Below, in pieces: positions 12,861-26,127 of a stretch of 64,000 nt of DNA (positions within the stretch are counted from its first letter, which is position 1; each line of letters starts with the position of its first letter). The translations under genes were made by a program, and so were the position numbers. Source of the DNA: Octopus bimaculoides (Eukaryota). Where the stretch lies: contig NC_068998.1 in NCBI RefSeq assembly GCF_001194135.2, positions 24,533,591 through 24,597,590 on the forward strand. The letters run 5' to 3'. The notes beneath the pieces were generated by a model. It saw only the letters and a program-made list of their open reading frames with translations, was not told where the DNA came from and made no database searches.

Positions 12861-13543
12861 CAAATTTAATAATGTAATGTAAAGTGTTAGTTTACATTGC
12901 TGCCACTTCTTGCTGTGGTGAAATTCACTATTCCATAGTAGTGAAAATGTACCAATAAGAGCCAAATGCAGCATAATATATTAACTTCTGAACCTTCAGG
13001 TAGTAATCTGGAATTCTATTCACACACAAGAACATATTAACCCTTTAGTATTCAGATTAATCTATGAAATGTGAAACTTATTTATTCACAATTACTCATG
13101 CATTATCATATAGATTCAGGATTTCAATGATGTGATTGTTTATTTTCAGAATGACATTGTAGAATAGGTGTAAGAGGCCAGATCTGGCTGGATTGAACAT
13201 AAAACCAGTATAACATTTGGGCTGGATATGTCTGGTCTAATTGCTAAAGAGTAAAATATGATATGCATACACTGAAACTTTTGGAACAACTTTTTCCGTA
13301 AACATTTACATAATTCCAATTATTTCTCCTGGTACATTCTGTCAAAGAGAGGATTAGTCTTTCATATAGATTTTTTAAGGCAGTTTTGCATGTGATATTT
13401 TTTATGCTACTATATTCCCCAGGGCTGAATTATTATGCAAATTTCTTTACTGGAGATGTCTTAGTGTTTCATGTTACTTTTCTTGATATTAATTAAACAG
13501 TAAGATTAAATAAAGGTTATTTCTCGTCTCTTTCTTATTTTAG

Positions 13544-13578
13544 TTCTGCTGACTGACAATCAAACATTTTGCCAAGAG
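13544..13578 (+). CDS. Putative exon (I)LLTDNQTFCQE
   Basis: Strong acceptor TTTCTCGTCTCTTTCTTATTTTAG and donor GAG|GTAAAT. 35 nt, phase 1 to 0. Confidence 0.6.
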
Positions 13579-14479
13579 GTAAATGGAATAAATGCTAGTG
13601 ACTAAGTTTAAAGTCATGACCTTGTTGAGGACAACCTACCACTCTACCCACATACCTAGTAACACTGCAGGAATATAATTGTTACATGTCTTGGTTATTT
13701 CAGAATCTTTAGGCATGTAGTTGAGTTACAGTTCAACTGTGAAATTAATTTTCTTAGCTTTTATTTTTAATTTTGTTCTTAAACATACAAGCAATGAAAT
13801 AATTAAAAATAATTGGAGAATTAAAAAAAAGCAATGTAGCAATCAATGTTTAAAAAAATATATATATTACACTGTAATATAAAGTCTTCTTCCAAATGAT
13901 ATATTTAGCAATCTTATTCAGGTTTTGTCAGGTTTGAAGGATTATTTCTATTAATTTCACTTTCTCATTTATTGAATAAATCTCTATCTTGTTGCCTAGC
14001 ATAGTGGCAGAGATAATATAAAATAATTTTTAGCCTATGTAATTGAGAACAACCATCCATACTTGATTAATTTCATAAATTATTTATTTGCCAATCCATT
14101 ATTTGCATTATTTCCTTTAGCATAATTTTTTTTTAATGCAACCTTTTGTCCCTAGAATTATTCCTAACCTTCATCTGAGCATAGAAACTGGTATTGATCA
14201 AACATGTTCGTGTTGTCTATTCTTCACTGATGAGGTCTAATGAAAATGAATCAGGTCTATTGTTGTCACCATTCCCACTAATAAACCTAAGGGTTTCCTT
14301 TAAGTATGAGAGTTGTGTTTTTAATTTGTTCCTATTCCATGGAAATTATCTACCTTCCTATTTGTGATCCACTAACAAATACAGCTGTTTTTTCTCTCTT
14401 TATTTTCTCCAGCTAATCTTTTATCTTTTACCTATTTCAGTTATTAGACTGCAGCCATGCTGGAGCACCACCTCGAATT

Positions 14480-14700
14480 TGTACATTCAATGCTTCCTCA
14501 CTGACATGCCGGTGAGCTGGTATGACATGGGCATACAAAAACTGCTTCAGTGCCTACAAATATGCATTGACCAAAATGGCAATTATGTAGAAAAATAGAT
14601 AAATGCTCAAACTTTAAAATGATGTAAACATCATTGACAATAAACGTTTCTGGGACTTCTAAATATTTTTGGAGACCTTACTTTTGGGATTACCCTCATA
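14480..14700 (+). mobile_element. Mariner transposase C-terminus with TIR
   Basis: YDMGIQKLLQCLQICIDQNGNYVEK* followed by ACTTTTGGGATTACCCTCATA. Confidence 0.75.
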
Positions 14701-15069
14701 TATATATATATTTAAAGCTGCAAAATTATCACAGAACTGGGATAATTTCATGCATATGTATGTATGTAAGAGTACATATATGTTCATGTACATGTATGTA
14801 TGTAAGAATGGTGTGTATGAGTATGTGTGAATGGGTACAAGTGCATGTGAGTGTTTGTGTGTTTAAGCTTAAAATTATGAGAGCTTGTGTGTTCATATAG
14901 GAGTGTGTTTGAATGTATGTGTATAAGTAAGCTGGTGTGTGTGCTGTGTAGTGTGATGTGTGTTCTGTGTATTTATGTGTGCGGATGTGTGTATATGTGT
15001 GAGAGCGCAAGAGACTGTATATAGTATATGTGTATGATGCTGTGTATAATGCGTGTGTGTGATGCTATC

Positions 15070-15116
<47 letters not shown>

Positions 15117-15928
15117 CGTGTGCAAACACTTGTATTTAGGAATAAATGTATTCTTGTCTGAGTGGTGGGTGCACATGTGCATGTGTGTGTTTGTGTATGA
15201 AGTGTGTGTTTGCTCCTTAAGTGTATGTGTGACCCTTTTAGTGTGCATATGTATTGTGCATGTTCATGTGTGCAAGTTGTATATGTGTTGTATGTTTGTG
15301 TGTATGTTATCTACACATTTATAAATGCGTATATATATGTATAAATTTCCACATATATAAATGTATATATGTTACATCTATACTTATGTGAATACGTATT
15401 TATAGATGAATGTAGATTGATTAACCTGTATACTTAAGTTTCATGTATGTGCCTCTGTATATTTATGAATATGTTTATCACACTTAGTTTTCTTGTAACC
15501 TTTTGCATAATGGGTCTTCAATTTGTTGCTATTCTGTTTCTCTGTTTACTACAATTCACTTTAAATGCCTTATGGCTTTATTGCCTGCTGGAAAAGTATA
15601 TTCTTATGCAATCTGATAAGTGAGTGTTTTGGTTGAATTCTTGGTGTGATACCTGAACTTTATATTTTAATTTTTATTTCTTTAGCATTTTTTTTAAAAT
15701 TCTCTATCTTTCATACTACATAAGAGGAAATTAGAATTCTTGTTAATATATTTTAATATATTTCCTGATGAAGTGGGTCTGATACAATTGTGTTGTCATG
15801 TAAGAATTATTGAAACATACGTAGGGATGAAATATAATTCCAGCTTTGGAAAAACTCAAGGTAAACTGTCATTTTTTAATACAATAAATATAAATATTTG
15901 TTTGTATATAAGTGTATGCATAATGTTT

Positions 15929-15993
<65 letters not shown>

Positions 15994-16809
15994 TGATCTA
16001 TCGTTTCATGTATATATGCGTGTGTTTTTATAGTTATATATATGTGCATATATATCATGTATAAGTATATGATATATACATATATATATATATGAGGTGT
16101 ATACACACATACATACACACACACCTATATACATATTTGTACACACACATACATATATATATATATATTTCAATCAAACCGTTTCTTTCAGGAATTTGCT
16201 CATTTCAGCTAAGTTCTTACAACAATATTCCCAACATTATTTTTCCATGGCCCCTGTTGTAGCCAGTTGTTGTTCATCCTTCTTTGTATAGGATGCAATT
16301 ATTGATAGGCTGCAATTATTGATGAGATTATTAAGCAGGCTCCAGTCTAGCTAATCTTTGAAGAAATAATTAATCAAGGTAAGCGTTTGCAATCTTGTTC
16401 TAACTTTGTGAAGTGGAAGGAATGGTGTGATGGCTGGATACTGATAGTCAGAGTTCCTCTGAGTAGGATATGTTAGAAATCCTAGAGATTTGAAGAGAAC
16501 ACTAAAAAAATGTCCAAGATAATGTGGAGATGACATAAAGTATTCAGGCACAGATGGAAGAGAAAGATACAGTCAAGAGAAGAATGGAAGTTGATAGTGA
16601 CCACTGGCATACAAGATATCTCAAAGTCTGATTGATACGACAAATAAAGTAAAGATATACACGCACATACACATACCTACATATGCTCACACATACACAA
16701 ATTTGCATATATATATATGTGAATGTAAATATAAACACATATATATATATGTACGTATGCATGTATATATATGTGTGTATGTATATATATGTATGTGTGC
16801 ATATATGTG

Positions 16810-16853
<44 letters not shown>

Positions 16854-17325
16854 TAATATTAGGGACAAAATCCAAAATTACAGGTAAAAACTCAATTAAA
16901 GTCAATTTATAAAAAATCAAAATTAAATTGAGCTCTATAGATAAAATATATATAAAATATATAGTTTTAGGGAAAATAACCAAGTATCAAGAACTCATCG
17001 ATGAAAATCACATATAGAAAAATCACATATAAAAATTAACAAGTAAATATGATATTTACTTTGCTTTATATTATACTCATTTATTGTGCTTTTAATTGTT
17101 AATTTTTCTATATGTGATAGTGGATCTTCATCGATGAGTTCTCGATACTTGGTTATTTTCCCTAAAATTATATATTGTATATACATATATAGGCGTAGGA
17201 GTGGCTGTGTGGTAAGTAGCTTGCTNNNNNNNNNNNNNNNNNNNNNNNNNNNNNNNNNNNNNNNNNNNNNNNNNNNNNNNNNNNNNNNNNNNNNNNNNNN
17301 NNNNNNNNNNNNNNNNNNNNNNNNN

Positions 17326-17356
<31 letters not shown>

Positions 17357-17389
17357 ATGCATCGGGCATAACTATTTGCAAATATCCTA

Positions 17390-18270
17390 ACAGAGTTGTG
17401 AAAACTCTGTTGCTTGAGGGTCTACAATCAGTGAATTATCTTCTTTGAATAGTGGTCCTATCTTTTGCAAATCGATAGAAGGCTTTAGGGTTTGTCTTTA
17501 CATTTTTACAGCTCTGATTTCTTTCTCTTTGATATCCTTTTCATGGGAATGTTCAAGTTCACTTTCAATATCAAGTTGTATTGTTTTGAGATAGGATTCT
17601 TTGCGATCTTTTAGTAGCTCAATTTTGATGGTTTGAGGTTTCTTCTCGTCATTTCATTTTGTTTTATGACTACTTTCTGAATACCCTGCCAATCAGCTTT
17701 ATGAAAGTTCATGGAAAGGAATTGGGTGCTTCTAATACCATACATATCTGCAGTTGTCTATAGATTATACATTGCTAGTTCTATTAAGAGAAAATAGTTG
17801 GTGTCACCTTAATATCATGGATGAGTGCTATGTTATTTGTGAAGCAGTGTCTAGAGAACTTTTACTCCTCATTAGGTGGAGCACTATTTACTCCATAAAG
17901 AGCATGTTTGTGAGGTAGAGAGAGATTTTGCTTACCACTGTTCATATAGTGACATACCTACATGCCTAAGAGGAGTCAGCCCTCAGGCCATTCAATATTA
18001 AGGAAGTTGAAGTGTCCTAGAAGAAACATGTGAATGCAGTCATTTAGGTTGGTTAATACTTTTTCCAGCTTCTTGAGGTTTTTTTCATATGTGAACCTAT
18101 ACTTTTTTCCTCATCTGGTGGGTGATATATAGAACATACTACCATCTTGATTTGATTGATGTGTACTATAAGAGTGTCACAAATTGAGTTTGAGCGCAAA
18201 AGTAAGGCTACAGGTGGGAAATCTTCCTGGATATACATTGTAACCCACCATGATATCTTTTTCTTCTGTC
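17390..18270 (-). mobile_element. Decayed CR1/Jockey-like LINE, APE endonuclease region
   Basis: Minus frames: GYNVY...VALLLRSNSICDTLIVHINQIKMVVCSIYHPPD and MNFHKADWQGIQ. Confidence 0.7.
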
Positions 18271-18747
18271 AGTTCGAAATACAACTTGTATATACATATA
18301 TACACATGCATATACTTGCAGATGCACATACATACATACAAACACACAGATTCACACACACATATACCTGTATTTGCATGCTGTGTGTGTGAGAGAGTGT
18401 ATGTATGTTTGCTTGCGTGTGTGTGGGGGGGGTGAGAGAGAGAAAGAGAGAGAATATAATATAGTTGTGCTTGGGAGTTAATGACATTCATTGTTGCTTG
18501 AAATGCATTTACTGTTAATCAACACTCTGATTGATTCAAGTTGTTATTCAGGAAAAATATCGATATCCTTTTGATGGACAAATTGTATAGTGAGTCTTTC
18601 ATGTTGTTCATTGTATATTCTGCTCCATTAATCCTCTACTGTTACCTTTATAAATGTTTGAAGTGTGTCTTCAGACTGAATTTTGCTATTCCTGTTTCGT
18701 TAGCTGAATAGCTCTCCTCTATATACAACTCATGTTCACATTTGCAG

Positions 18748-18826
18748 GAAAAACAATTCAGTGATGATATGGATTCTATCAACTCCATCCTTGGTGAAAA
18801 TAAAGCTCTTTTGAATCTGAAACCTT
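18748..18826 (+). CDS. Putative exon EKQFSDDMDSINSILGENKALLNLKP
   Basis: TTTGCAG acceptor and CTT|GTGAGT donor. 79 nt open, phase 0 to 1. Confidence 0.65.
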
Positions 18827-19947
18827 GTGAGTAAAGTGTAAATTTTTTTTTATATATTATACAGGGGGCAATGAATTTGCAATGGTAACTGAGAATATAC
18901 CACTATAAACTTCTTTATGTGTATTCACTATAGAACTACATCAGCAGCTGTTTAATGATTTTTGTTGAACTGCAATGATACTGTTCTTCAAAGTTACATA
19001 ACATTCATTTATTATAATTTCACTGACAGGCAGTGAGTCTGCAGGATTGTTGAATCTTTGAACAAAATTTCTGCTTAAATTATGCAAATTATCTAGGCCA
19101 TAAATGTATTATTATTATTTTTTTTTTGTATAAGACTAAGTCCCTTGGCTACTGCATATAAGGTTGGTCAATTATCATGCTGATGGCTACTGCTGAGTAA
19201 GACACACATGGTAACGACTGTCCTCTTATCACCAAGTTTTGATTCTTGAGATTATTTCCCCTTCTCAGGCAGAGTTGGTCTTTACTACCATTGGGTAATT
19301 ATGACATCTAATATAGGTAGAGATAATAAATAAATAAATAAAAAATCATGTTGTAAGTTATTTGCACTGGGCTCACAATCATAATGTAGTGAGATCAATT
19401 CTCAGACCAGGCTGTGTGTTATGTTCTTGAGCAAGACACTTTATTTCGTGTTACTCCAGGTCACTGAACTGCAGAAATGAGCATGAGTGACTGCTGGTCT
19501 TTCACAAACAATCTTGCTTGGACTTGTGCATCGGAGGGGAACTGTCTAGGTGCAATCCCATGGTCATTCATGACTGAAGGGGGTCTTTATCCTAAGCTAT
19601 TTGATATACCTGTATTTCTCTATGTACACACATATATACAATATATTAAGATTTCACTTATGCATAAGGATTCTAATAACCTAGTGTTAGGATGCAATAA
19701 ACATATGCTTCAGAATAAAGTGTTAGTATAGTACTGAGAGTATTATGAAATTAAATATATAACCAGGCAATAAGAATTTCGAAATATACTTCATTAGCTT
19801 ACAGTTGTTTCAGCAGTGCACTCAGAGTTGAGAGCTTGTGCATTGCATCCCCTCATGCATTCCTATAATGAAGTTGATTATGTAATTTTAGTTCCCTTGT
19901 CATTGATCTAATTTCCTATTACTGTCAGTACTTGCTTCATGCCTTGT

Positions 19948-19978
<31 letters not shown>

Positions 19979-20122
19979 CTTATATCTATATACACTGGCC
20001 TGGGAGTGAAGTTTGCTTTGCGGGTGCAAACTCAGATCCAAATTTTTTTTACAAACAAGGCCAATCTTTTTCAGTTTTAACATCAAAACAAACACAGGCC
20101 TAATAATATTATTTTATTATTA

Positions 20123-20870
20123 TACTAGCAGCTAAGCCCGGTTCCACCCGGTCAGTTTGGCTGATGTGGTTGTAAAACCTGCTCTGTGTAAGCATTTAAC
20201 TTGTTTGGGCATGCTTACGTTAAAAAACAATTTTAGAATGATATATTTCTGTCAAAATGCTAAAAATAACTGACCAACAAAAAAAAAAAAAAAAAATTCA
20301 ACCAAATGAAAAGATAAACCCAAATACTAAGCGAACAAAGATGAACCATTCCACTTCCATTGTGCGTGCATGCTCACACACACATATACCCCCCTTTACA
20401 TACACACACATATATTCACACATAGTTGAAATGCTGTTGATTTATTTTTTCAGCGTACAATTTTCATCATCCCACTACCAAGTATGACATCACCCCTTCC
20501 TTTCTCATTCATAAACTCAAGAGTATTGTTTTAATAGATTATCTTGGTAACCATGGAAGCTATGAAGAAAATACAAAGCCCAGCATCACCACCAGATCAT
20601 TCTATACATCTGTGTAATGTTTCGCACAATTCCATCCAGCTGTTCGACCATGAATCCCAAGACAAGAAAGAATTGCTCATGTCAAATTTATATGTATAGA
20701 TATGAAAAAGTAAAGTTTCAAATAATTCCAAAAATTTCTCTATTCTCACTCGTTTTGGCGATGAAGTTTTCCGAGAGGACATCCAAAGAGTTTTCATTGC
20801 ACAAGATTTTATGTACATGCATTACAACAGAGTGTGTCATTGTGGTATGGAGTCAGGTCTTCAAACAGTG
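20123..20870 (+). mobile_element. Helitron-like fragment
   Basis: TACTAGCAGCTAAGCCCGGTTCCACCCGG terminus resembles Helitron-type ends. 20590-20860 translates to DHSIHLCNVSHNSIQLF..., reminiscent of a decayed Rep/helicase. Confidence 0.4.
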
Positions 20871-21204
20871 AAGTGTACTGAACATATTCTCGCTTGATGC
20901 AACAGACACAGGCTTGCAACATGAAGATGGCTCCTGATTATGGAATTTAATTGGTCATCAATAATTGTTCTAGTGTTAAAGAGTGACTTCCATTGCTGAT
21001 CTTGTTGTTGCTATTGTGTAATTGTGGTAAGGGTGATAGCAGTAGAACATGATGACAATGATGACGATGGGTCAATTGTGGTATTCTGAGGAAATGAGGA
21101 AGTGGATAGCTGAACTGTGAAGGGCTGTTGATTTTAGAGTTTAATAGTTCATTAATTGTTCATTAATTGAAGAGTGGCCATGGTTGTTACTGTTGTTATA
21201 TATA

Positions 21205-22427
21205 CACAGACATGAGAGAAGTAAATAGACACCCTTATAATCGTTAAAATTTATTTAAATCTGAAATTATACATTCAAATTATTTATTAATTATTATAAT
21301 GTGAATATCTAATACTTCGTAGACATGCCGTTTGCATTTTTCAATGTAAGGACCCTATTAGGCATGCTCCTGATCAGGTGACAAATATTCTCTTGAGGAA
21401 TTTCTTGCCAAATTTCATGCAGTAATCTCAAAAGATCAGACTTTGAAGATGCTTTCTTGTTCTTTTTATGAAGTGTCCTGTCCATTATGCCCCAGAGGCA
21501 TTCAATAGGGTTCATATCTTGTGACTGACTATGGAAGCTTTTTAATGTCATTCTCTTCCAACCAATCTTGAATCATTTTAGCTGTGTGACAAGGAGCCCC
21601 ATTTTCCATAAATAGTCTTCTTTAATCCTTTCACCACTAGAGAAGATTGGAAGGAGTCCTTTCTGCAATATGTACACATGATTATCTGAGTTTATGTTTC
21701 CTTTACACTCCACCAGCTCTGATCAACCAACCATTGCTCCAAATTGCTCTCCAGACCATCACAAAATAGCTGCCATGTTTCATTGTGGGCTGCAATCTTT
21801 TCACATCAAATTCTGATCACAGAGTCTTCAGGTCCACATTCAAACATTGTCAGAAAATACAACAAATCTGGACTTATCAAAGAATATGACAGTGTCCCAA
21901 AATGCTAGTGGTCTCTCCACCATCTCACTGGCCCAATCTTTTCTCCTCTTGATATTGACTGGCTGAAGAAGTGGCTTCCTTCTTGCTGATCTGCCATAGT
22001 AGCCAAGTTTGTGCAGATACCTGACAGTTGTTTTGGGACTGACATCAACTTGTTCTGCTATGTTAGAGGCCTTGCAATGAGGATTATCTTCTTTACAGAG
22101 CGATGAGTCCAGTCAGAGGGTTCTGGTCGACGTGGGTGAGGTGATGTGAACTCCCTCCCCTCTCTGGTGAATTGCACAATCACTTTATTAACTGTAGAAA
22201 GCGGGATCCCAAGGTTTTCTGTGATTTTACTCAGTGTCCACCTTCAATTTGACCCACATTACAGCTCGTTTGAAATTCGGACAGTTCCAAGGCTTCTTTT
22301 GCATGTGATATGATTAAACAGTCACATATACAAACTGAAACATAAAAATGTCAATTAATAAGAAATATAAACCTTTTCAAGTTAACATAAACCTAAAACA
22401 GCTCAATTTACTTTTGTCATGTTTGTG
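21205..22427 (-). mobile_element. Near full-length decayed Tc1 transposon (~1.2 kb)
   Basis: Imperfect TIRs (CACAGACATGAGAGAAGTAAAT versus the reverse complement of ATTTACTTTTGTCATGTTTGTG) in TA context. N-terminal [15 protein letters not shown] and C-terminal SQDMNPIECLWGIMDR...LIRSMPNRV...NGMSTKY*. Confidence 0.9.
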
Positions 22428-22459
<32 letters not shown>

Positions 22460-22463
<4 letters not shown>

Positions 22464-23092
22464 GAAAAGCTGAACATTAGAAGCATCAGTTGTGGCGTGC
22501 AAGAGAGACGATTGCGCTGGTATGGACATGTGGTGAGAATGGAGGAGGATAGCTGCGTGAAAAAGTGCCACACCCTAACAGTTGAGGGAACCCGTGGAAG
22601 AGGTAGGCCCAGGAAGACCTGGGCTGAGGTGGTGAGGCAAGACCTTCGTACATTGGGCCTCACCGAGGCGATGACTACGGACCGAGACCTTTGGAAATGG
22701 GCTGTGCGTGAGAAGACCCGGCAAGCCAAGTAAGNNNNNNNNNNNNNNNNNNNNNNNNNNNCACCATTTTGAGCGTGGCCGTTGCCAGTACCGCCTGACT
22801 GGCTCCTGTAGGATTTTCGAGCGAGATCGTTGCCAGTGCCCCTGGACTGGCTTGTGCGGGTGGCACATAAAAGACACCATTTCGAGCGTGGCCGTTTTCG
22901 TGCGGGTGACACGTAAAAGCACCCACTACACTCTCTGAGTGGTTGGCGTTAGGAAGGGCATCCAGCTGTAGAAACTCTGCCAAATCAGACTGGAGCCTGG
23001 TGTTGCCATCCGGTTTCACCAGTCCTCAGTCAAATCGTCCAACCCATGCTAGCATGGAAAGCGGACGTTAAACGATGATGATGATGATGATG
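22460..23092 (+). mobile_element. Young RTE LINE 3' end (ORF2 C-terminus, 3' UTR and (GAT)n tail)
   Basis: RRLRWYGHVVRMEEDSCVKKCHTLTVEGTRGRGRPRKTWAEVVRQDL...DRDLWKWAV, intact. Confidence 0.9.
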
Positions 23093-23437
23093 ATACACAC
23101 ACCTATATGTATACATACAAATAATTTTAATGTTGAGGTTGCTTTTGTTCAGTGACATATCTTTCTAGGGATTTTGGTGGGGTTTCTTTATTTAATTTTA
23201 TTCTTGTTATTTTGTGAAGAAACCTAACTTAAAGCAACTTTTTACTGATCAATTTTTAAACTCTATGTTCTAAGACTGGGAAAAGTAAGTAGGGGTGCAA
23301 TATTGAATTTTGTAACCTCCCACAAAATTTTAGGGGAGTGTAAGTGCACCCACTACACCCCCTGTTCCCGGGCCCTCATATGCACACACATGTGAACACA
23401 TGCAAATATAGATATGAAACTTACATATACAAATATA

Positions 23438-23643
23438 CAAGGTGGGCCAAAAGTCAGACACAAAATAAGTTTAATACTGTCCAGAATGTTTCAAAGACAC
23501 ACGTTAATTTTTCTAAAATCGCATAGAGTAAATAAAAGCAATGATACATACACACATACTTATACATGAAAAACAAAAGAAATAATAATAACAATAAAAA
23601 TAAAATGTCAAATGTTTTGGTGCGTAACTTTTGGCCTGCCCTG
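23438..23643. mobile_element. Tc1/mariner-type MITE
   Basis: TIRs CAAGGTGGGCCAAAAGT / ACTTTTGGCCTGCCCTG flanked by TA. Confidence 0.75.
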
Positions 23644-24348
23644 TATACACAGATAACAATAGTTGTATTGAGCACTTTTGTGTCTATCTACTTCAGAATT
23701 CATTTTCTTAATGCATTTTGACGAAATAATTATTTTCACACCTCCAAATATTGATTTTTCCCCTAACTTACCATTGTAATCTTCTGGGATATATACCCCT
23801 GATTATAGATAGGTTGTTCAGTAAATTTAAATATCTTGGTGCTTGACTGTTGCTAGTAGACTTCATTTGAATAAACTCCTGATTATGTTATTCATTTATG
23901 ACCTACAACACATCTGGTTGGGCTGCTTGCAGGGCCAGTTTGGTTACAGAAGCACTGTTCAGTGTCCTAGGGGTATTACAATTTATATTGATTTATCTAT
24001 GCTCTGAAATATTTCTTTTTACTCTTGTATATAACAAAATTGTTTGTTTCATTGAGATGTACTGAGCTACTTTCGAAATGATTTTCTCATTATGCTTTGA
24101 TGAACACATACAAAGAAAGTAAGGAAGAGAATGAATGAATGAATGANNNNNNNNNNAAGGAAGGAAGGAAGGATAGATGGATGGATGGATGGGTAGATGG
24201 ATGGATGAATTTGATTATGCAGTGTCATGGCAATACCAATAGTCAGATTTTAGGACTTAGTATACTTATATTCCATATTATTAAGTGAGGAAGATGTGAT
24301 TTGTCTGAAACTCTCCACTCTAGGCACTTATATGAAGAAGCGGATATC

Positions 24349-25026
24349 TCTGAATTGACGGGCACCACTTTTCATTTATGTTTATATATAGTGTTTTTGG
24401 TACCGAAACACTTTCAAACTGCGTATACTTGTGTTATAGAAAAGATAAAAATTTTTGTATTTGAAGTTATTTCATGTAAAAAATTGTCGTATTTCGGTAA
24501 TTTCAACCAATAACTGACGTCTATTGAGGTGAAAACAATTACTGCTGTGAATTGTGAACACCACACGTTGTGCAGTGTAATGGGATCTTTTCTCTTAAAT
24601 AAAATTAGTGCCGTTGTTTGTCAACAACAACTATCAGCGGTACTGTTATTCATAACATTGTTCATGCGTTTGTACTGGATTTAGCTTTAGGGTTTTAGGG
24701 TTAGGGTTCGGGTTTTAGAGTTAGGGTGAGGGTTATGATAATCTTTGCCATAACCTAACTCATAACCCTAACCCTAGAGAATAACGATCTTGACACCGGA
24801 AAAAATTATTGTTTACAAAAACAGCAGTAACTGTATTCAGCTGAATAGACGTCAGAGATTGATTGAAATTACAGAAATACGACAATTTTAACATGAAATA
24901 ACTTGCAATGTATAAATATTTGTTAAGAAGGGTAAGAGAAAAAGATGTTTTATATGACACATTCTACCAGTATTCCAAGTTTGAAAGTGTTTCGATAAAA
25001 GAACAAGTGGTGCCCGTCAATTCAGA
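24349..25026. mobile_element. Non-autonomous element with long imperfect TIRs and internal TTAGGG-like repeats
   Basis: TCTGAATTGACGGGCACCACTT ... AAGTGGTGCCCGTCAATTCAGA. About 200 bp of arms align. TTAGGG variants at 24685-24735. Confidence 0.75.
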
Positions 25027-25098
25027 AGAGTGTATTATTAATTCATATGTAAATGGAAAAAGAACAGGAGCTATAGTGATACTTTTATTGGCTTACAG

Positions 25099-25166
25099 CT
25101 GTTTCTGTCATAAGAAACTATGCATCCAGATTTGAGCAGATGTATGACAGCTTATACTTTACTGAG
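25099..25166 (+). CDS. Putative exon (S)VSVIRNYASRFEQMYDSLYFY*, terminal or spliced at 25141/25142
   Basis: CTTTTATTGGCTTACAG acceptor. Phase 1 start fits exon 18748. The alternative donor AT|GTATGA cannot be excluded. Confidence 0.5.
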
Positions 25167-25346
25167 AGCAATTCCAGTTTATAAAGCTTATCAATAAGTG
25201 TCATTGATGGAAGATAATGTCTTTATGAGCAGGTCGATTCTCTAGGTTTTATTCCTGTATTCAGATTCTGCCTGATAATTTATGTTATGCATACAAAAGA
25301 AATCAATATTGATAAAAAAAAACATTGCATTGTAAATTGCGTATGT

Positions 25347-25506
25347 GTGCGGGAGTGGGTGTGTGGTAAGAAGCTTGCTTCCAAACCACATGTTTGTAGG
25401 TTCAGTCCGATTGTGTAGCTTCATGGGCAAGTATCTTCTACTGTTGCCTCAGGCCGACCAAAGCTTTGTGAGTGGATTTGGTAGACGGAAACTGAAAGAA
25501 GCCTGT

Positions 25507-25556
<50 letters not shown>

Positions 25557-25755
25557 AGTATTTGTGTGTTTGTGTTTGTCCCCCCACCATCGCTTAATGT
25601 TGGCGTGTTTACATCCCTGTAACTAAGTGGTTCGTCAAAAGAGACCAATACAATAAGTACTAGGCTTACAAAGGACAAGTCCTGGGATCAATTTGTTTGA
25701 CTAAAAGGAAGTGCTCTGGTATGGCTGCAGTCAAATGACTGAAACATGTAAAAGA
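25347..25755 (+). mobile_element. SINE family A
   Basis: Complete family A motif. Confidence 0.85.
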
Positions 25756-26062
25756 ATATACAAGTGTACACATATGTATAAATATATATGCGCAGTTCAT
25801 ACATATATATACAATAAAAGTAGAAATTTATATTAATCAATTAAAACCAGTGGTCTAGCATATTTTTAAAATCCGAAGATTTAAATTATATTACATACAA
25901 AATAGAAGGAATGACCAGCAAAAGTGGACTCCTATATGCTAAAAATAGATGCCGAATCATCTAACCAACGAAGAATATGTTCTCAGTAAAAATTTCAGCG
26001 AGACAACAGACTGTAAAAGGGCAAGACAAAGGAAAAAATACTAAATAAAAGAAACGATTAAC

Positions 26063-26127
26063 CTACGTACCATGGTTTCACCTGTTAATACTTGCACAAG
26101 CAAATATCTGCAGGATCATCAGCGTAG
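26063..26127 (-). ncRNA. Type I hammerhead ribozyme motif, copy on -
   Basis: Reverse complement reads CTACG-CTGATGA-TCCTG...CAGGT-GAAA-CCATG-GTA-CGTAG, identical to the copy at 26450. Confidence 0.8.

Noticed and set aside
14222-14262. CTGATGA...GAAA hammerhead-like spacing
   Set aside because: Stem II cannot pair (GGTCTAAT) and there is no convincing stem I or III.
14634-16912. HT/YI/CV-rich ORFs (also 49192-49676, 53430-54623 and 59890-60342)
   Set aside because: These are translations of dinucleotide and tetranucleotide microsatellites and CT-rich tracts.
18748-18826. Resemblance of DSINSILG to PDF neuropeptide (NSELINSILG)
   Set aside because: The match is short and low-complexity, with no dibasic cleavage or amidation sites around it.
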